DNA of 64,000 nucleotides from an uncultured virus (IMG/VR IMGVR_UViG_3300032220_001209). Lineage: Duplodnaviria; Heunggongvirae; Uroviricota; Caudoviricetes. This document shows positions 60,401 to 64,000 of the stretch, one piece after another. The notes under the pieces were generated by a model that saw only the letters and a list, made by a program, of their open reading frames with translations, had not been told where the DNA came from and ran no database searches. A program made the translations under genes and the position numbers. Position 1 is the first letter of the stretch, and the number at the start of each line of letters is the position of its first letter. Location: IMG/VR virus record IMGVR_UViG_3300032220_001209. The stretch is one strand, 5' to 3'.

Positions 60401-60823
60401 ATGAAAATATCTGAATTCATATCTGAGGGTGCTGGTTTATCGGGATTTTTTAAAGACGAAGAACTGAAAGCATGGAATTTTCCTCAAGGATATGCTTCTG
60501 ACGAAGACGTAAAAGGTCCTTATTTGAGCAATAGCACTGCTAGAGAAGTTTTGACTGTGTTGGGAATGAATCCAGATTTTGAAAATTCTGAACCTGTTAA
60601 AATAGAAGTTTTTATCAATCTTGCCACTCAATGGTTACAAAAACACATTGGCAAACCCAGCACAACCAAAACTGCTACTGTGAATAAAACAGACACAGGA
60701 GCCACTGTGTATGACATGGGTAAACCTCAAGGTCGTCTCAATGATTTAATATTACAATTAAGTCAACAAGCAAGAAAGATCAAACAAAAATATCCCAGTA
60801 TCACTCACGTGGCATTCGTTTAA
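60401..60823 (+). CDS. putative head-internal protein
   Basis: N-terminus MKISEFISE resembles the T4 capsid-targeting sequence. Confidence 0.5.
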   Translation: MKISEFISEGAGLSGFFKDEELKAWNFPQGYASDEDVKGPYLSNSTAREVLTVLGMNPDFENSEPVKIEVFINLATQWLQKHIGKPSTTKTATVNKTDTGATVYDMGKPQGRLNDLILQLSQQARKIKQKYPSITHVAFV

Positions 60824-60832
60824 TATTTTTTA

Positions 60833-61003
60833 TTATCTATTTTTTAATTTTTTAACAAGTTCTATTTTTTCTTCTGGAGTCATTAGGAACCAGTTGTTGA
60901 TTTCTTCTGCTGTTCGTGAGCAGCCCATGCACAATCCACTGTCCGAATCTATGGTGCATATCTGAATGCAAGGATCTATCACCTGCTCGTGTTTCTTTTC
61001 CAT
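60833..61003 (-). CDS. DUF1289 family Cys-rich protein
   Basis: PCIQIC..D..GLCMGCSRT.EEI..W. Confidence 0.85.
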   Translation of the reverse strand: MEKKHEQVIDPCIQICTIDSDSGLCMGCSRTAEEINNWFLMTPEEKIELVKKLKNR

Positions 61004-61019
61004 GCTGTTATTTAATGTT

Positions 61020-62081
61020 TTATTTGTCGGCGGGTATGTGTGGCAGCACAAATTGTATGCCCAGCCAACGGAAGTTTTTTGGACTGTCAGCAAAACTACA
61101 ATTAATTCTCGCAGTTCTTACTTTGTAAGGATTCAATGGCTCAATAACTATTTTAGTTTCTGTTATAAACCTAATAGGCACTGTGGGCCAGCTGTCTCCA
61201 TCGTTGGTGGTACACACTATATTTTTTAAATTTTTTAATCCTGGTACAAACTCTATCTCCAACTGTGGAGGATTTTTGAATTCTGTGATTTTTTTATCTG
61301 CAGGTAAAAATTCCTTGTAAGGCATAGGTAGTGTGTTCAACACCATTTCAAATCGTTCGGCTTTGCCCCAATTCTCATTGATGGGAAATCGTGGCAGCTC
61401 AAACCGATCTTTGCGACTGTCCACCACTCCTGAATGCTGTCCAAATGCCAATCTGAATCCCATGTCTTTGACCAGTTCTTTGAATTCTAGGCTGTATTCT
61501 CCAAATGGGTATGAGAAGTATTCAGGTATGGAACCCAACTCTCTCATGAAATCTTGCGACGCTCTTTCCATGTCCTTGCGCAGTGTGTCTTGATCCCAAC
61601 CCACCATGTAGTCGTGACTGTAAGAGTGATGTCCTATCACTCCCAAACCTGACTCGTGTATCTCTCGAATTTGAGTCCAGGACATGTAATTACGATTCTT
61701 GGAATTGATCTCTCTAGTATTGATGAACAGCACAAAAGGTATACCTTCTTTTTTTAAGATAGGCCATGCATGTCGATAAAAACTGGCCCAGGCATCATCC
61801 ACAGTTAATAGCACTCTTTTATTGTACAGTTCTCTGTGCCCATGCATGTAGTCATCAAACTCTTCTATGGAGATAAAGTCCAGATTCATCTTGCGTATCA
61901 TCTTGATCTGCTTTTCAAACTCTTTGACTTTAACATTGGTTGAGGGATATTTGTTTTCGTCAAACTTGTGATACATCAAACCGATCACGCCGGGTTCTTG
62001 ATGAGGCTGCATGGAAAAAGTTGGAACCGTAAACGAAAGTATTAATAATAAGGAAATAATTAATTTGTTAAATTGGGCCAT
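61020..62081 (-). CDS. polysaccharide deacetylase (CE4) with signal peptide
   Basis: LMYH, LTVDDA, HHSYSH, FSYPFGE, LPRF. Confidence 0.88.
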   Translation of the reverse strand: MAQFNKLIISLLLILSFTVPTFSMQPHQEPGVIGLMYHKFDENKYPSTNVKVKEFEKQIKMIRKMNLDFISIEEFDDYMHGHRELYNKRVLLTVDDAWASFYRHAWPILKKEGIPFVLFINTREINSKNRNYMSWTQIREIHESGLGVIGHHSYSHDYMVGWDQDTLRKDMERASQDFMRELGSIPEYFSYPFGEYSLEFKELVKDMGFRLAFGQHSGVVDSRKDRFELPRFPINENWGKAERFEMVLNTLPMPYKEFLPADKKITEFKNPPQLEIEFVPGLKNLKNIVCTTNDGDSWPTVPIRFITETKIVIEPLNPYKVRTARINCSFADSPKNFRWLGIQFVLPHIPADK

Positions 62082-62836
62082 TTTTTAAGATCTAGAGTTT
62101 TTTCCACTTGACTTTTGGCTTTGGGAAGTTTGGGCATAAAATTGATGCCAGTGGATTTTTCAACAGTTTCCACTGTGGTGGCGTAGTTGGGTAAATCTGC
62201 TACAGGTAATGCAGCATTGGGAAATAAAAATGCGATTGCTTTGCCTTCCTGACGGTCCACAATTACTTTCCATAGATGTGTGGGTACTCCTACTTTGTTG
62301 TCACCAATGGTGAGATGTCCGGATTGATAAATGGTACCACTGATCACATAGATATCCATGTTGTGATCCACCACCCAATCTCTCACATATTCTTCCAATT
62401 GTTTCCAAATGCCTCTGTTGTGATTGGGCACTTGTGGAACCATGTTGGATAAAAAGAAACTTTCACTCATCACTTGGTCATTTTGTGTATTATTGCCAGC
62501 CGGAGCCAGATGTCCTCTGTCGTAAGGATGTCCAGCATAATCTTTCAATGTAGCATTGTATTGGGCAGGTATTGCAGGGTCTGGTCTAAAATCATCTTTG
62601 CGTTTGGCAGGACCTGTGGTGTTTTCTTTGGTCACATGCTCTACCACATATTCCGCTGTGCGAGTGTCATATCTGTAATGAATAGCATAATTGATCTTGC
62701 AGATATACTGAGTATTCTGTTTGATCTTACTCACAGGTGCGCCTAACAGCACGTGTTGAGGACATTGGTCGTCGATGGGATTGGCCCAAACTCCTGTGAT
62801 TGATAAAATTAAAATTAATAATATTTTATAGTACAT
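62060..62836 (-). CDS. DNA/RNA non-specific endonuclease (NucA/EndoG type) with signal peptide
   Basis: YDRGHLAPA, SNMVPQ..NRGIW..LE, VP..WKV. Confidence 0.92.
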   Translation of the reverse strand: MYYKILLILILSITGVWANPIDDQCPQHVLLGAPVSKIKQNTQYICKINYAIHYRYDTRTAEYVVEHVTKENTTGPAKRKDDFRPDPAIPAQYNATLKDYAGHPYDRGHLAPAGNNTQNDQVMSESFFLSNMVPQVPNHNRGIWKQLEEYVRDWVVDHNMDIYVISGTIYQSGHLTIGDNKVGVPTHLWKVIVDRQEGKAIAFLFPNAALPVADLPNYATTVETVEKSTGINFMPKLPKAKSQVEKTLDLKKWPNLTN

Positions 62837-62880
62837 ATTGAATGTACTTATATTATACTATATTATGTGTGTTTGGAAAA

Positions 62881-62913
62881 GGCTTCACAGTGCCAAAAAA
62901 GCACTGTGAGCCC
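62881..62913 (-). terminator. intrinsic terminator of the acidic-protein gene
   Basis: CACAGTGC-N7-GCACTGTG stem followed by TTTT on the minus strand. Confidence 0.65.
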
Positions 62914-62924
62914 AGGAATCAAAT

Positions 62925-63236
62925 TTATTTTTTCTTTTTTTTGGCAGGTTTTTCGTCTTCGTCTTCAAAATCTACGTCTATTTCTTCGTCAAGATCTTCT
63001 ATATCTTCTTCAGACTCGTCTTCACTGTCTTCACTGTCTTCGCTGTCTTCATCAGTATCATCCTCATCTTCAAAATAAGAATCATCAGAATCAGTATCTT
63101 CTTCGTCTGAATCTATTTCGTAAATGTAGTTTTCAATGATTGATTTAATCTCAGTTTGTTTTTCTTGTATTTTTTCTATAGAGTCGTCAATTTGTTCAAA
63201 CAGTTTGTCAATTTTCTTTTGATTAAGTTTAGCCAT
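62925..63236 (-). CDS. highly acidic D/E-rich protein
   Basis: Coiled-coil N-terminus, long D/E tract, KKKKK tail; SD GGGAGG. Confidence 0.7.
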   Translation of the reverse strand: MAKLNQKKIDKLFEQIDDSIEKIQEKQTEIKSIIENYIYEIDSDEEDTDSDDSYFEDEDDTDEDSEDSEDSEDESEEDIEDLDEEIDVDFEDEDEKPAKKKKK

Positions 63237-63356
63237 AGTGATCCTCCCATTGTGTGGTGATGTTATTTAATTTATAATTGAAAAATTTTAAATGACCATT
63301 TAAAACAAATTATATACCTAGATAACTGCGTACATTATTGCTGTAAATATTAAGTC

Positions 63357-63827
63357 ATGACAATATCAAACATACTTAAACCTATCAGTGTGGCTCTAGC
63401 TATATTCTTAGCTGCAGACTACTCCCTTGCTGGACCATTGCCTGACTACTCGTTCAAAAGCCCTGCTTTTAATGGCAATGGTTACAGCACTCACGAGTTG
63501 ACCAAGTATAACCTGGAACAAACTCGTGCCAAGGAGATTCAACAGGCCTTGGAATCCAAAGCTGCGGCTGCCAAAGCAGAGGCCAAGAACACTCCAATCA
63601 ATCAGTTCATGGTCAATTTGGAATCAAGAATTTATGCACAGATCAGTCAAAATCTAGCCACTGCCATGTTTGCGGATGGGGCAGCCACCACTGGCAGCAT
63701 GACCTTCCAGGGCAACACCATATACTGGAACAAGAACGGCACCACGAGCATCACGTTGATGGTGACAGATACTCTGGGCAACAACACAACCATAGAAGTG
63801 CCATTGGGACAATTTACATTTAATTAA
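63357..63827 (+). CDS. csgF: curli assembly protein CsgF-like
   Basis: Signal peptide; YSFKSPAFNG, NLESRIYAQ.S, TTIEVP; precedes csgG. Confidence 0.75.
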   Translation: MTISNILKPISVALAIFLAADYSLAGPLPDYSFKSPAFNGNGYSTHELTKYNLEQTRAKEIQQALESKAAAAKAEAKNTPINQFMVNLESRIYAQISQNLATAMFADGAATTGSMTFQGNTIYWNKNGTTSITLMVTDTLGNNTTIEVPLGQFTFN

Positions 63828-63828
63828 T

Positions 63829-64000
63829 ATGATAAAAATTGCTTTGACATTGGGATTATTATTGCTGAGTAATTGTGCAGTGATGCAGAAGGCCGGCATG
63901 GAAAGCAAACCTGAAATCACTGAGATGAAAATGCAAAAAGAATTTGACACAGTACCTACACCAGCACAGAAGAAGATCACTGTGGCAGTGTACAGTTTTC
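63829..64000 (+). CDS. csgG: curli secretion channel CsgG-like lipoprotein (5' partial)
   Basis: MIKIALTLGLLLLSNC lipobox; P...KITVAVYSF motif. Confidence 0.75.
   Translation, partial: MIKIALTLGLLLLSNCAVMQKAGMESKPEITEMKMQKEFDTVPTPAQKKITVAVYSF

Noticed and set aside
1..64000. Stop-codon reassignment, introns or inteins
   Set aside because: Core genes (terminase, UvsX, UvsW, helicase, primase) are intact and of normal length under the standard code
1..64000. tRNA or rRNA genes
   Set aside because: No cloverleaf or T-loop signature noticed in the short intergenic regions; a tRNAscan run would be needed to be certain

Overview
AT-rich 64-kb segment of a large T4-like myovirus (jumbo-phage-like) genome. 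The host is probably an aquatic alphaproteobacterium of the SAR11/LD12 type, inferred from DUF1178, DUF1289, zf-CHCC and csgF/csgG genes. Gene order: tail-fibre-like structural genes; ADP-heptose genes (hldD, hldE) with a cupin and a NUDIX hydrolase; neck gp15/14/13, dNMP kinase, tail sheath and tube, gp4 and terminases; gp32-uvsX-uvsY; a ~16-kb glycan biosynthesis and methylation island; uvsW, a gp62-like gene, a miniature DnaE-like polymerase core, primase, a half carbamoyltransferase and gp41 helicase; then an accessory block (hemC, 2OG-Fe oxygenase, metal-binding proteins, secreted deacetylase and nuclease, an acidic protein, csgF/csgG). Main points of interest: a late-expressed glycosylation system that may decorate virions, a 187-aa DnaE core keeping all three catalytic aspartates, apparently widespread leaderless transcripts, and small ORFs missing from the ORF track (a metallothionein-like protein and an amphipathic cationic peptide). 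All functional calls come from motif recognition by eye; no database searches were run.
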